A stretch of DNA of 64,000 bases from a bacterium (GTDB lineage Bacteria; Ratteibacteria; UBA8468; B48-G9; DTJG01): NCBI GenBank assembly GCA_026418655.1, contig JAOAAW010000063.1, positions 9,835 to 73,834 on the forward strand, read 5' to 3'. Both the position numbers and the translations under genes were made by a program. Shown here piece after piece: positions 17,293-26,171 of this stretch. Position 1 is the first letter of the stretch; each line of letters starts with the position of its first letter. The notes beneath the pieces are model-generated. The model had not been told where the DNA came from. It saw only the letters and a list, made by a program, of their open reading frames with translations, and did not search any database.

Positions 17293-18768
17293 ATGAAATC
17301 AAAAGATTTTCTTGCTGGATGGGAACAGGTTGATATAACACCTGAAGAACCTGTTTGTCTTTGCGGACAGTTTCACGCAAGGATTTCTGAAGGAATAAAA
17401 GACCCAATCACCGCAACAGTCGTATTTTTTGAATCAAAAACAGATGAAAAAACATCCATTGCTGTTATGATAAGCTGCGATCTTGTTGCAATTCCAGAAG
17501 AATTCAGAAAAGCCATAGTGAAAAAAGCAACCAGATTGATACCGGATCTCAGGGAAGAAGAAATTATAATAAGCGCAACACATACGCATACTGCACCTGA
17601 GGTGGGTGAGGATATTCTGCGGGGAACCAGGGGTATGACGATAAAAGATATTTATGGCGTGGAATTACCTGTAATGAAAATTTCAAACTATATTGATTTT
17701 GCATCCACAAAAATTGCCGGTGGTATAAAAAGTGCCTGGGAGAAAAGAGGGAAAAGTGGCATTGGCTATGGACAGGGTTTTGCTGTGGTTGGTTTTAACA
17801 GGCGCGTCGCATATTATGATGGCCATGCAAAAATGTATGGAAATACCAGTGATAAAAATTTCAGCCACATTGAGGGATATGAAGACCATACTTTGAATAT
17901 CATGTGTACATTTGACCCAGACAAAAAATTGACTGGATTGGTAATTAATATTTCCTGTCCATCTCAGGTTGATGAGCAACTGTTTTTAATAAGTGCTGAC
18001 TTCTGGCACCAGGTCAGACAGGAAATAAAAAGAAGGCTTGGCAATGAAATTTTTGTTCTCGGGCAATGCAGCGCAGCAGGAGATATATCACCACATGTTC
18101 TGCTATGTAAACAAACCCATCAGAGGATGTTGAGACTTTCAGAAAGAGACGAGAGGCAGGATATCGCAATAAGAATTGCTGATGGACTTTTAAGAATCCT
18201 GCCTGATATTGAAAAAGAAATTAATTATCAGCCTGAATTTGACATGACACATAAAAAAATCTTTTTATCCCCGTACAAAGTGGAGCAACAGGATATAAAA
18301 GAGTTTTCTGAAGAAGCAAAGAAATTTTATAAACAATACCTGTTATTGAAAAAAGAGATAGAGGAAAATCCAGAAAAGAAAAGACAGGCACGATGGTATG
18401 TTGACATTACCAGCAATTTCAGAAGATATAGATGGTACAACGCATGTATAGAAAGGGCAAAAAAAATCAGCAAAAATCCGAAAATTCCTGTTGATATTTA
18501 TGTTTTAAGGATAGGTGATATTGTTTTTGCTCCAAATCCTTTTGAACTCTATCTTGATTATGGAATAAGAATAAAAGCACAAAGTGCTGCAACTCAGACA
18601 TTTATTGTTCAACTTGCAGGTGGTGGGACATATCTTCCGACCCAGCGTGCAGTAAAAGGTCGCAGTTACGGTGCAATAGGACCTTCATGTCTTGTCGGGC
18701 CTGAGGGTGGCAAAGAATTTGTTGAAAAAACACTTGAAATGATAAACAACTTATGGAGTGAGAAATGA
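17293..18768 (+). CDS. neutral/alkaline ceramidase N-terminal-domain-like hydrolase (function unknown)
   Basis: The IISATHTHTAPE motif resembles the ceramidase N-domain His box. Paralog of 27776..29059. Confidence 0.45.
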   Translation: MKSKDFLAGWEQVDITPEEPVCLCGQFHARISEGIKDPITATVVFFESKTDEKTSIAVMISCDLVAIPEEFRKAIVKKATRLIPDLREEEIIISATHTHTAPEVGEDILRGTRGMTIKDIYGVELPVMKISNYIDFASTKIAGGIKSAWEKRGKSGIGYGQGFAVVGFNRRVAYYDGHAKMYGNTSDKNFSHIEGYEDHTLNIMCTFDPDKKLTGLVINISCPSQVDEQLFLISADFWHQVRQEIKRRLGNEIFVLGQCSAAGDISPHVLLCKQTHQRMLRLSERDERQDIAIRIADGLLRILPDIEKEINYQPEFDMTHKKIFLSPYKVEQQDIKEFSEEAKKFYKQYLLLKKEIEENPEKKRQARWYVDITSNFRRYRWYNACIERAKKISKNPKIPVDIYVLRIGDIVFAPNPFELYLDYGIRIKAQSAATQTFIVQLAGGGTYLPTQRAVKGRSYGAIGPSCLVGPEGGKEFVEKTLEMINNLWSEK

Positions 18769-19952
18769 TAAACATAGGTATTGTAGGCGCAGGAAACAGG
18801 GGAATAAGATGTTATGGGATTTACATTTTGAAAGAAAAGAAAGATGTTGCCAGGATAACTGCTATTTCAGACCCTGACAGAAAGAGATTAGAAGTAGGGA
18901 AAAAGGTTCTGTCCCTTGATGAGAATGCAATTTTTACTGATACTGAGGAAATGCTGAAGAAAGCCCCTCTTGATGCAGTTATCATCACAAGTCCTGACTA
19001 TACCCATAAAGATATTGCAATCTCTGCGTTCAATAAAGGGCTTGATGTCCTTTGTGAAAAACCACTTGCTTTGACTGTTGAAGATTGTGATGCCATACTT
19101 GATGCGCAAAAAAAGGCTGAAAAAATTCTGTGTGTTGGCTTTGTCTTGAGATACAACAATTTCTATAAAAAAATGTATGATATTGTCAATGTTGAGAAAA
19201 AAATTGGAAAGGTTATTGTGGCAGGTGCAATTGATTCTGTTTCAACAGGTTCTCAGTATTTTTTTCACGGCTGGTGGAGGTTGAGAAAAAACAGTGGCGG
19301 ACTTCTGGTCCAGAAAGCAACTCATTCTGTGGATATCCTTAACTGGATTGTCAATAGCAGGGCTGAAAGCGTCTATGGTGCTGGTGGACTTGCAGTTTTT
19401 GGAGGAAATCAACCTGATACAAAGAGATGTTCAAGTTGTGAGATAAAAAATACATGTCCTGAAGCCCTTGTCAGCGGTATTCAATGGGATTATGGAGAAG
19501 AAAACATTGTAATGGAAGTCGAAGACAAATGTGTATTTGCAAAGGAAATAGATGTTTATGACCATGAGGTTTTGACCATAAATTATGAAAACAAAACAAG
19601 GGCTTTTTTTGTTGAAAGTCAGTTCACACCTGACTATAAGAGGGAATTCTGGTTCATTGGAGATAAAGGAAGAATGTATGGAATAGACCCATATATTGTT
19701 TCTGAGAAAGACAGAAAAAAACCATACATTGAAATTGTTTACAGACACACAAGGAAAAAGGAAGTGATAGATGTTAAGCTTGAGCCAGGTGGTCATGGTG
19801 GTGGAGACCCAGGCTTGATTGAAGACTTTATCCACTGCTGTATAACAAGGAAAAACCCACTCGCTGATGGAATTGCAGGAAGGGAAAGTATTGCCATCTG
19901 TGCTGGTGGAGAAAAATCCATAGAGACAGGAAAGATTACCAATCTGCGATAG
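18765..19952 (+). CDS. Gfo/Idh/MocA family NAD(P)-dependent oxidoreductase
   Basis: Rossmann start MINIGIVGAGNRGIR. The EKP motif (CEKPLALT) and a C-terminal alpha/beta domain. Confidence 0.8.
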   Translation: MINIGIVGAGNRGIRCYGIYILKEKKDVARITAISDPDRKRLEVGKKVLSLDENAIFTDTEEMLKKAPLDAVIITSPDYTHKDIAISAFNKGLDVLCEKPLALTVEDCDAILDAQKKAEKILCVGFVLRYNNFYKKMYDIVNVEKKIGKVIVAGAIDSVSTGSQYFFHGWWRLRKNSGGLLVQKATHSVDILNWIVNSRAESVYGAGGLAVFGGNQPDTKRCSSCEIKNTCPEALVSGIQWDYGEENIVMEVEDKCVFAKEIDVYDHEVLTINYENKTRAFFVESQFTPDYKREFWFIGDKGRMYGIDPYIVSEKDRKKPYIEIVYRHTRKKEVIDVKLEPGGHGGGDPGLIEDFIHCCITRKNPLADGIAGRESIAICAGGEKSIETGKITNLR

Positions 19953-19955
19953 GAA

Positions 19956-20861
19956 ATGAACCCCTTTATGAAGATATCTCAAGTAATGAGACTGGCTTAT
20001 AAGAAACACATTCTTATTCCAGCATTCAATGTTGCATATCTTCCTATGTTAAAACCAATTTCAGATGCACTCTCAGAGTGTAACACCATTGGCATCATAG
20101 AAGTTTCAAGACCAGACATAATGAATTTTGGCGCAAAAAGTATTGAGGCGGTCGCAGCGGAATATGAAAAATTTGCCAACGAGAAGTTCTGCTTTCTTCA
20201 TCTTGACCATGTTCCTGTGATTGATGAAAATTTCACAGATGTTGACTGGGAACAATGGATAAAAAATGGTATTGAACTGGGCTATGATTCTGTGATGATT
20301 GATGGCTCTCGGCTTTCCTTTGAAGAAAACATAAGGATTACTGCGACTGTTGTTGAAATGGCTCATAGAAACGGTGTATGCGTTGAAGCAGAACTTGGTT
20401 CTGTTCTTGGACATGAAAATAAAAAACTTCCACCCTATGAAGAAATTTTTGAAAAAAAGATTGGTTTTACTCAACCTGAAGAAGCAAAGATTTTTGTTGA
20501 AAAAACAAATGTTGACTGGCTGTCAGTATCTGTGGGCTCAATTCATGGTGCAATCTCAGGTGCAGCAAAAAACCAGAAAAAGATCTGTGCAAGGATTGAC
20601 ATAAAGCATCTTGCAGAAATAAATCAAAAGACCAGTATCCCTCTTGTACTTCACGGTGGTTCAGGGATACAGGTTGATTGTATTAAAGAAGCCATCAAAA
20701 ATGGCATTACAAAAATCAATATTGGAACAGAAATAAGGCAGGCGTATGAACAGGTAATGGAATCGGATCAAAAAATTGCAGAAAAAATGGTGAAAAAAGC
20801 TGTGATGGGCATCATTGATTCATACCAGATTTACAATTCTGCGGACGTACTTTTGACGTAA
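19956..20861 (+). CDS. class II ketose-bisphosphate aldolase (FBA/tagatose-bisphosphate aldolase family)
   Basis: LHLDH, SVMIDGS and LHGGSG boxes characteristic of class II FBA/GatY/KbaY. Confidence 0.75.
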   Translation: MNPFMKISQVMRLAYKKHILIPAFNVAYLPMLKPISDALSECNTIGIIEVSRPDIMNFGAKSIEAVAAEYEKFANEKFCFLHLDHVPVIDENFTDVDWEQWIKNGIELGYDSVMIDGSRLSFEENIRITATVVEMAHRNGVCVEAELGSVLGHENKKLPPYEEIFEKKIGFTQPEEAKIFVEKTNVDWLSVSVGSIHGAISGAAKNQKKICARIDIKHLAEINQKTSIPLVLHGGSGIQVDCIKEAIKNGITKINIGTEIRQAYEQVMESDQKIAEKMVKKAVMGIIDSYQIYNSADVLLT

Positions 20862-21946
20862 TTTGCTATCTTTTTAAACTCTGACAGAGTTTCCTTATAA
20901 AAAATTTTCCAGCCCTCGCAAAGCACACTTTTTTCTCTCTGCGATGGGTTTTTTGATATCCTGTGTTTCTGGCAATCCCCTGCGCATAATTTCAAAAATT
21001 CACATCTATCACAATCAGGATGCCACAGAGATTTTTTAATTCCAAAATTTCTGTATGTTCCTGAATTTAATAAGTCAGACCATTCATTTTTAAGGATATT
21101 ACCAAGCAGAGTTTTATCGCTTACAAAAAAATCACAGGGAAAAACATCCCCATTGTGTTCAATCACAAAATACTGGCAACAATTATTTCCCATCTGACAG
21201 ATACCCGCTGGCCTGTTCATAAGTGTAAGTATTATTGAATCAAAAAGTCTTACAGAAACCCTTTTCCCGTCTTTAATCCAGGCATTGAATAACTGGCATA
21301 AAAATAATCCCCATTCTTTTCCTTCTATGGTCCATGGCAATCTTTTTCCTTTCTTGTCATATTCAACGCAGGGTATGTATTGATGATAGAAGGAACCAAT
21401 GTCAATCATGAATCTATAAACTTCTCCTGCTTTTCCTTTATGAGCGGAAGTAATAACTGTCAGAGTATTGAAAGCAACATCAAAGTTTTGCAATTTCTTG
21501 ACAGCCTTCAGCACCTTCTTGAAAGCATTTTCTCCACCTGGAATAATTCTAAATCTATTATGGATTTCTTCGGGGCCATCAATACTTATGCCAATGAGAA
21601 AATTTGTCTCTGCAAGAAAACCTGACCACTCTTCGTCTACAAGATATCCATTTGTCTGCAATCCATTGCCTATGACAGAACCCTGTGAGGCAAACCTTTT
21701 TTGAAAATCAACTGCCTTTTTATAAAAGTCCAACCCCATCAATAAAGGCTCTCCACCCTGCCAGGAAAAGATATATTGCGACTGGTGTGTTTTCATATAC
21801 TTTTCAACAAGTGTTTCAAGAACCTGTAAACTCATTCTTCTATGAGGTGTGTCTCTGTAAAGGGGCAAACTTTTATAAAAACAATAAAAACAATCAGAAT
21901 TACAATCAGAAGAAGCTGGCTTGATAAGTAAGGAAAATTGTTTCAT
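20831..21946 (-). CDS. anaerobic sulfatase-maturating enzyme (radical SAM/SPASM)
   Basis: N-terminal CNSDCFYC (CxxxCxxC) and a C-terminal SPASM cysteine cluster (CDFF...CEFLKLCAGDC). It is divergent from a sulfatase gene. Confidence 0.85.
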   Translation of the reverse strand: MKQFSLLIKPASSDCNSDCFYCFYKSLPLYRDTPHRRMSLQVLETLVEKYMKTHQSQYIFSWQGGEPLLMGLDFYKKAVDFQKRFASQGSVIGNGLQTNGYLVDEEWSGFLAETNFLIGISIDGPEEIHNRFRIIPGGENAFKKVLKAVKKLQNFDVAFNTLTVITSAHKGKAGEVYRFMIDIGSFYHQYIPCVEYDKKGKRLPWTIEGKEWGLFLCQLFNAWIKDGKRVSVRLFDSIILTLMNRPAGICQMGNNCCQYFVIEHNGDVFPCDFFVSDKTLLGNILKNEWSDLLNSGTYRNFGIKKSLWHPDCDRCEFLKLCAGDCQKHRISKNPSQREKSVLCEGWKIFYKETLSEFKKIANYVKSTSAEL

Positions 21947-21975
21947 AATACTGTATTATACAACGACGAGGTAGA

Positions 21976-23487
21976 ATGAAAAAAAGGCCCAATATACTTT
22001 TTATCACAAGCGATCAGCAACACTACAATACCCTTGGTTGCACAAATCCTGAGGTTAAAACACCCTCGCTGGACAAACTGGCTTCCCAGGGAATAAGGTT
22101 TACCCGTGCCTATTGCACAAATCCCACATGCACTCCTTCAAGAGCATCATTGATTACCGGTAAGTATCCTGGTCAGCACGGAGCATGGTCTTTAGGAACA
22201 AAACTACCTGAATCAGAACCAACTCTTGGTCAATATCTTTCTGATTCTGGATACAGAACAACACTTATAGGAAAAGCACACTTTCAACCACTGAAGGATA
22301 CACCACAGTTTCCTTCAATAGAATCAAATCCATTCATGCAAAACCTTGAATTCTGGAGAAAATTCCATGGTCCTTTCTACGGGTTCCAGAGGGTGGAACT
22401 GGCAAGAAATCATACTGATGAATATCATGTCGGTCAGCACTACGCAATCTGGATGGAAAAAAAAGGATTTAAAGAGTGGAAAAATTATTTCAGGGCACCT
22501 GCGGGTAATGTAAAACATCAACAGAGATGGCACTGGAATTTGCCTGAAAAATATCACTATGATACATGGATTGCAGAAAGAACAATTAAATTCTTAAGGC
22601 AGTATCATAAAAAGAATGAAAATTTTTTCTTATGGGCAAGTTTTCCAGACCCACATCCACCATACCTTGTTCCATCACCATGGGACAAAATGTATGATCC
22701 TGAAAAACTGATAGTTCCAGAGATAAAACCAGGCGAGCATGAAAAAAATCCGCCACACTTTCAATTGACACAACAACAAAGACCTGACTTTACTCCCTGG
22801 CGAGAATCTGGAATGGGAATTCATGGTTTTCATACACATCTTCATTTAATCAAGACCCTGAGAAAGGATACTGCTGTCTACTATGGAATGATAAGCATGA
22901 TGGACAAATATATTGGTTTTATCATAGATGAGCTTGATAACCTCGGTCTTTCTGAAGATACCATAGTGATTTTTACAACAGACCATGGTCATCTATTGGG
23001 TCAGCATGGCCTTGCCGCAAAAGGTGCTTTCCATTACGAAGATCTGTTGCGTGTCCCCTTCATTGTCAGATGGCCAGGCCATTTCCCTGAAAACAGAATT
23101 TCGGATAGTTTAATTTCATTTGTTGATTTTGCGCCCACTATTCTTTCTTTATGCGGTCTGAATATTCCAGGAACAATGTCTGGCATTGACCAGAGTGATG
23201 TTTTTTACGGAAAAAAGGAAAATATCAGAAGCTGGGTTCTTGTTGAAAACAGACACGAACCAACAACCATTTTTCTAAAAACATATATTGAGAAAAGATA
23301 CAAAATTACTGTTTATTACCGCAGGCCCTACGGTGAACTCTTTGATCTTGACAATGACCCGGATGAATATAATAATTTATGGAACGAGCCTGAATATAGA
23401 GAACTAAGAAATGAATTGATTAACAGGCTTCTTTTTGCAGAGTGGGAGAAAGAGCCACTATGGATGCCAAGGGTATGGGGCGCGTAA
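21976..23487 (+). CDS. sulfatase (Cys-type, formylglycine-dependent)
   Basis: NILFITSDQQ and the signature CTPSRASLITGKYP (C-x-P-x-R) near the N-terminus. No obvious signal peptide. Confidence 0.9.
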   Translation: MKKRPNILFITSDQQHYNTLGCTNPEVKTPSLDKLASQGIRFTRAYCTNPTCTPSRASLITGKYPGQHGAWSLGTKLPESEPTLGQYLSDSGYRTTLIGKAHFQPLKDTPQFPSIESNPFMQNLEFWRKFHGPFYGFQRVELARNHTDEYHVGQHYAIWMEKKGFKEWKNYFRAPAGNVKHQQRWHWNLPEKYHYDTWIAERTIKFLRQYHKKNENFFLWASFPDPHPPYLVPSPWDKMYDPEKLIVPEIKPGEHEKNPPHFQLTQQQRPDFTPWRESGMGIHGFHTHLHLIKTLRKDTAVYYGMISMMDKYIGFIIDELDNLGLSEDTIVIFTTDHGHLLGQHGLAAKGAFHYEDLLRVPFIVRWPGHFPENRISDSLISFVDFAPTILSLCGLNIPGTMSGIDQSDVFYGKKENIRSWVLVENRHEPTTIFLKTYIEKRYKITVYYRRPYGELFDLDNDPDEYNNLWNEPEYRELRNELINRLLFAEWEKEPLWMPRVWGA

Positions 23488-23858
23488 TAAAAAAAGGGTT
23501 CACCCTGATAGAACTCTTAATTGTTTTTATTATTGTCGGTTTGCTCGCTTCAATAGCAATACCAATATACAGGGCAAATATTAAAAAGGTTGCTTCTTCA
23601 GAAGGTGTTGCCCTGCTTGGAACAATTTTAACTGCACAAAAAGCATACTTTGCTGAACATGGCAGATATACCACAGAAGAAGAGGCCATTGGTATAGAAA
23701 TGGCAGGAAATAAGTACTTCAGAGACTTTGTTCTGGTGCAGGGAGATGAACATGGCTTTAAAGCCATTACCTCAGGAACAGGTCTTTGCGAGGGTATACA
23801 GGTAATAATGGAGTTCACAAATACTGCAGGGGCTACAATCTCATATACTGGACTTTAG
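23475..23858 (+). CDS. prepilin-type N-terminal cleavage/methylation domain protein (type II secretion/type IV pilin-like pseudopilin)
   Basis: A short basic leader MGRVIKKG followed by FTLIELLIVFIIVGLLASIAIP (G|F cleavage site, Glu+5, hydrophobic helix). Start moved to the internal Met. The 23442 ORF start would overlap the sulfatase by 46 nt. Confidence 0.75.
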   Translation: MGRVIKKGFTLIELLIVFIIVGLLASIAIPIYRANIKKVASSEGVALLGTILTAQKAYFAEHGRYTTEEEAIGIEMAGNKYFRDFVLVQGDEHGFKAITSGTGLCEGIQVIMEFTNTAGATISYTGL

Positions 23859-23866
23859 TCTATCCT

Positions 23867-26161
23867 ATGAAAAAAATATTTTTCACAGTAACTCTCATAT
23901 TGAACTCTTATTTAGCACTTTGCCTGCCAGCCAGGATATTGTTTGACTTTGAAGAAAATACAAATGGATGGAACATTCTTGAAGGTCTTTCGGCGCAGGC
24001 AACTGTTGAACAGAGTAAGGATAATTTCACACAGGGAAATGGGTCTCTGAAATTTTCTGCGCAATTTCCAGGCGAAGCAGGAATTAAAGTAAATATAAAT
24101 GAAAACTGGACAACCTATCAATCTTTAAGTTTTGATATGGTGGTGGTTGAAACCCCTGTTTCACAGATAAAATTTTTCATGTATCTTAAAGACAAGGAAT
24201 GGTTGTGGTATCAGACAAAAGAACAATACGTTAAATATGGTACAACAAAAGTTTTAATCAATATTTCAGGTTCAAGCCTTGACCTTGTTCCAGGTGGACA
24301 TAAAAAGCCATGGAACCAATACAGTGGTGAACAGGTCAGAGAAATTGGGATAAAATTTTTATGCAATGAGAAACAGAATTTTACAGTGTACATAGACAAT
24401 TTCAAACTATCTCCTGTCCTTTTTTCTTCTTTGAAAGTTAACAAAACAGAGGTACCTCTTTATGAAAAATTTGAAATTTCATTTAAGACCCCTCTGTATT
24501 TTCAAAACCCCTTTGATCCTGATTGCATAGCAATAGACTGTTATTTTACATCTCCATCCGGAAAACAGATAATCGTTCCTAGTTTTTTTTACCAGGATTT
24601 TTATTTTGCTGGACCCGGCACAAAAGGACAGGATAACTTACAGCCCCAGGGATATCCTGAATGGAAGATACGTTTTGCGCCAACAGAAACAGGTACATAT
24701 AAATACAAAATCGTTGCGACAATAAACAGTGGAGAAGAAACAGTTTCAACCCAGCTTATGAGTTTTAAGGCAATACCTGGTTCAAAACTCGGATTTGTAA
24801 GGGTGAGCAAAAAGGATAATCGTTATTTTGAATTTGATAATGGGGTATTTTTTTATCCCATTGGACACAATATCAGGTCTCTCAATGACAACAGATACTC
24901 GCAACTTTTCAATCGGCCTCTTGCCGCTCAAAGTGGAACAATTAATTTTGAAACCTGGATTGTTGACATGAAAAATAATAGAGAAAATTTCTTTGAAACA
25001 TGGATGGCTGCCTGGTGGCTTGCCATAGAATGGAAAAAAGGTTATGGATTTTATGAAGGTCTGGGAAGGTATGAACTGCGAAATGCCTGGAAGCTTGACT
25101 GGATACTGGAACTCGCAGAGAAGAGTGGTATTTACATCCAGCTACTCATTATAAATCATGGTTCTGTTAGTACATTTTGCGACCAGGAATGGCAGGACAG
25201 CCCATACAATATAAAAAATGGTGGCTTTCTCAACTCTCCGGAAGAATTTTTTACAGATGAGCGAGCGAAAACTCTTTTCAAGAAAAGGCTCAGGTATATC
25301 ATAGCACGATGGTCGTACAGTCCGAATATTTTCTCCTGGGAATTGGTTAATGAGATGAATCTGATTGGTTCAAGCAGAGATTTTTATAGAACTCCTGTCT
25401 TAGCACAATGGTATGCTGAAATGGGAGATTATCTTGCACAGATAGACCCTAATAGACACATGATAACAGGCCATTACACAATTCTCTATGACAGCGATGT
25501 TTTCAAACTTTCACAAGTGGACTATGTTTTGACAAACGCCTATTATGATGTAAGAGGTGGGAATATCGTCGACACTTTGAAAAATATTGTAAATTTTAAT
25601 GCAAGGTTCAACAAACCCCATTTTGTTTCAGAATATGGTGGAAACTGGAATGCAGGACCAGAAGCACTTATTGAGGCAGACCTTCACAATGGTATATGGG
25701 CAGGTGCACATCTTCCTTTTGCAGCAGTACCACTTTTCTGGTGGCATAATTTCATAGAAGATAAAAACCTATACTACCATTATAAGGCGCTCGCGCAATA
25801 CCTCGGGGATATTGATAGGGTTAAAGAAAACTTTGAACCAAAAACCATTGCCATATCCGGAGAAAATACTGAAAAGATAAAATCCTTATGTCTTGCAAAC
25901 CAGGAAAAAGCAATTGTCTGGATTTATGGACAGGATAGACTCAAAAGGCCACCAGCAGAAAACGATGGTCCCTTGACAAAAAATAATCAGTGCACAATTG
26001 AGGGTTTAACTCAGGGTGATTATATGATAGAATTCTGGGATACATACTCAGGGAAGATTATGGATAAGAAAAAGAAACAAAACATTGATAAACTGAGTTT
26101 TCAGTTGCCTGAAATCAATAGAGATTTTGCCATTAAAATATATAAACTATCTCAAACATAA
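23867..26161 (+). CDS. DUF5060-domain / GH5-like (cellulase superfamily) secreted glycoside hydrolase
   Basis: Signal peptide MKKIFFTVTLILNSYLALC. A DUF5060-like beta-sandwich (FDPDCIAIDCYFTSPSGKQIIVPSFFYQD), then a TIM-barrel region with WELVNEMN (NEx acid motif). Confidence 0.6.
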   Translation: MKKIFFTVTLILNSYLALCLPARILFDFEENTNGWNILEGLSAQATVEQSKDNFTQGNGSLKFSAQFPGEAGIKVNINENWTTYQSLSFDMVVVETPVSQIKFFMYLKDKEWLWYQTKEQYVKYGTTKVLINISGSSLDLVPGGHKKPWNQYSGEQVREIGIKFLCNEKQNFTVYIDNFKLSPVLFSSLKVNKTEVPLYEKFEISFKTPLYFQNPFDPDCIAIDCYFTSPSGKQIIVPSFFYQDFYFAGPGTKGQDNLQPQGYPEWKIRFAPTETGTYKYKIVATINSGEETVSTQLMSFKAIPGSKLGFVRVSKKDNRYFEFDNGVFFYPIGHNIRSLNDNRYSQLFNRPLAAQSGTINFETWIVDMKNNRENFFETWMAAWWLAIEWKKGYGFYEGLGRYELRNAWKLDWILELAEKSGIYIQLLIINHGSVSTFCDQEWQDSPYNIKNGGFLNSPEEFFTDERAKTLFKKRLRYIIARWSYSPNIFSWELVNEMNLIGSSRDFYRTPVLAQWYAEMGDYLAQIDPNRHMITGHYTILYDSDVFKLSQVDYVLTNAYYDVRGGNIVDTLKNIVNFNARFNKPHFVSEYGGNWNAGPEALIEADLHNGIWAGAHLPFAAVPLFWWHNFIEDKNLYYHYKALAQYLGDIDRVKENFEPKTIAISGENTEKIKSLCLANQEKAIVWIYGQDRLKRPPAENDGPLTKNNQCTIEGLTQGDYMIEFWDTYSGKIMDKKKKQNIDKLSFQLPEINRDFAIKIYKLSQT

Positions 26162-26171
26162 GGAAGAGAAC

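Noticed and set aside
19431-20009. 192-aa minus-strand ORF antisense to the Gfo/Idh/MocA and aldolase genes
   Set aside because: It lies entirely inside well-supported plus-strand genes. It is Phe/Ile/Asn-rich, an AT-rich antisense artefact, with no motifs.
23442-23474. Longer start (MGERATMDAKG...) for the prepilin-type gene
   Set aside because: It would overlap the sulfatase by 46 nt and give an atypically long, acidic leader. Prepilin leaders are short and basic, as with MGRVIKKG.
23786-23866. Upstream extension of the GH5 gene (MRGYTGNNGVHKYCRGYN...)
   Set aside because: It would run through the prepilin-type gene in another frame. The internal Met at 23867 starts a textbook signal peptide.
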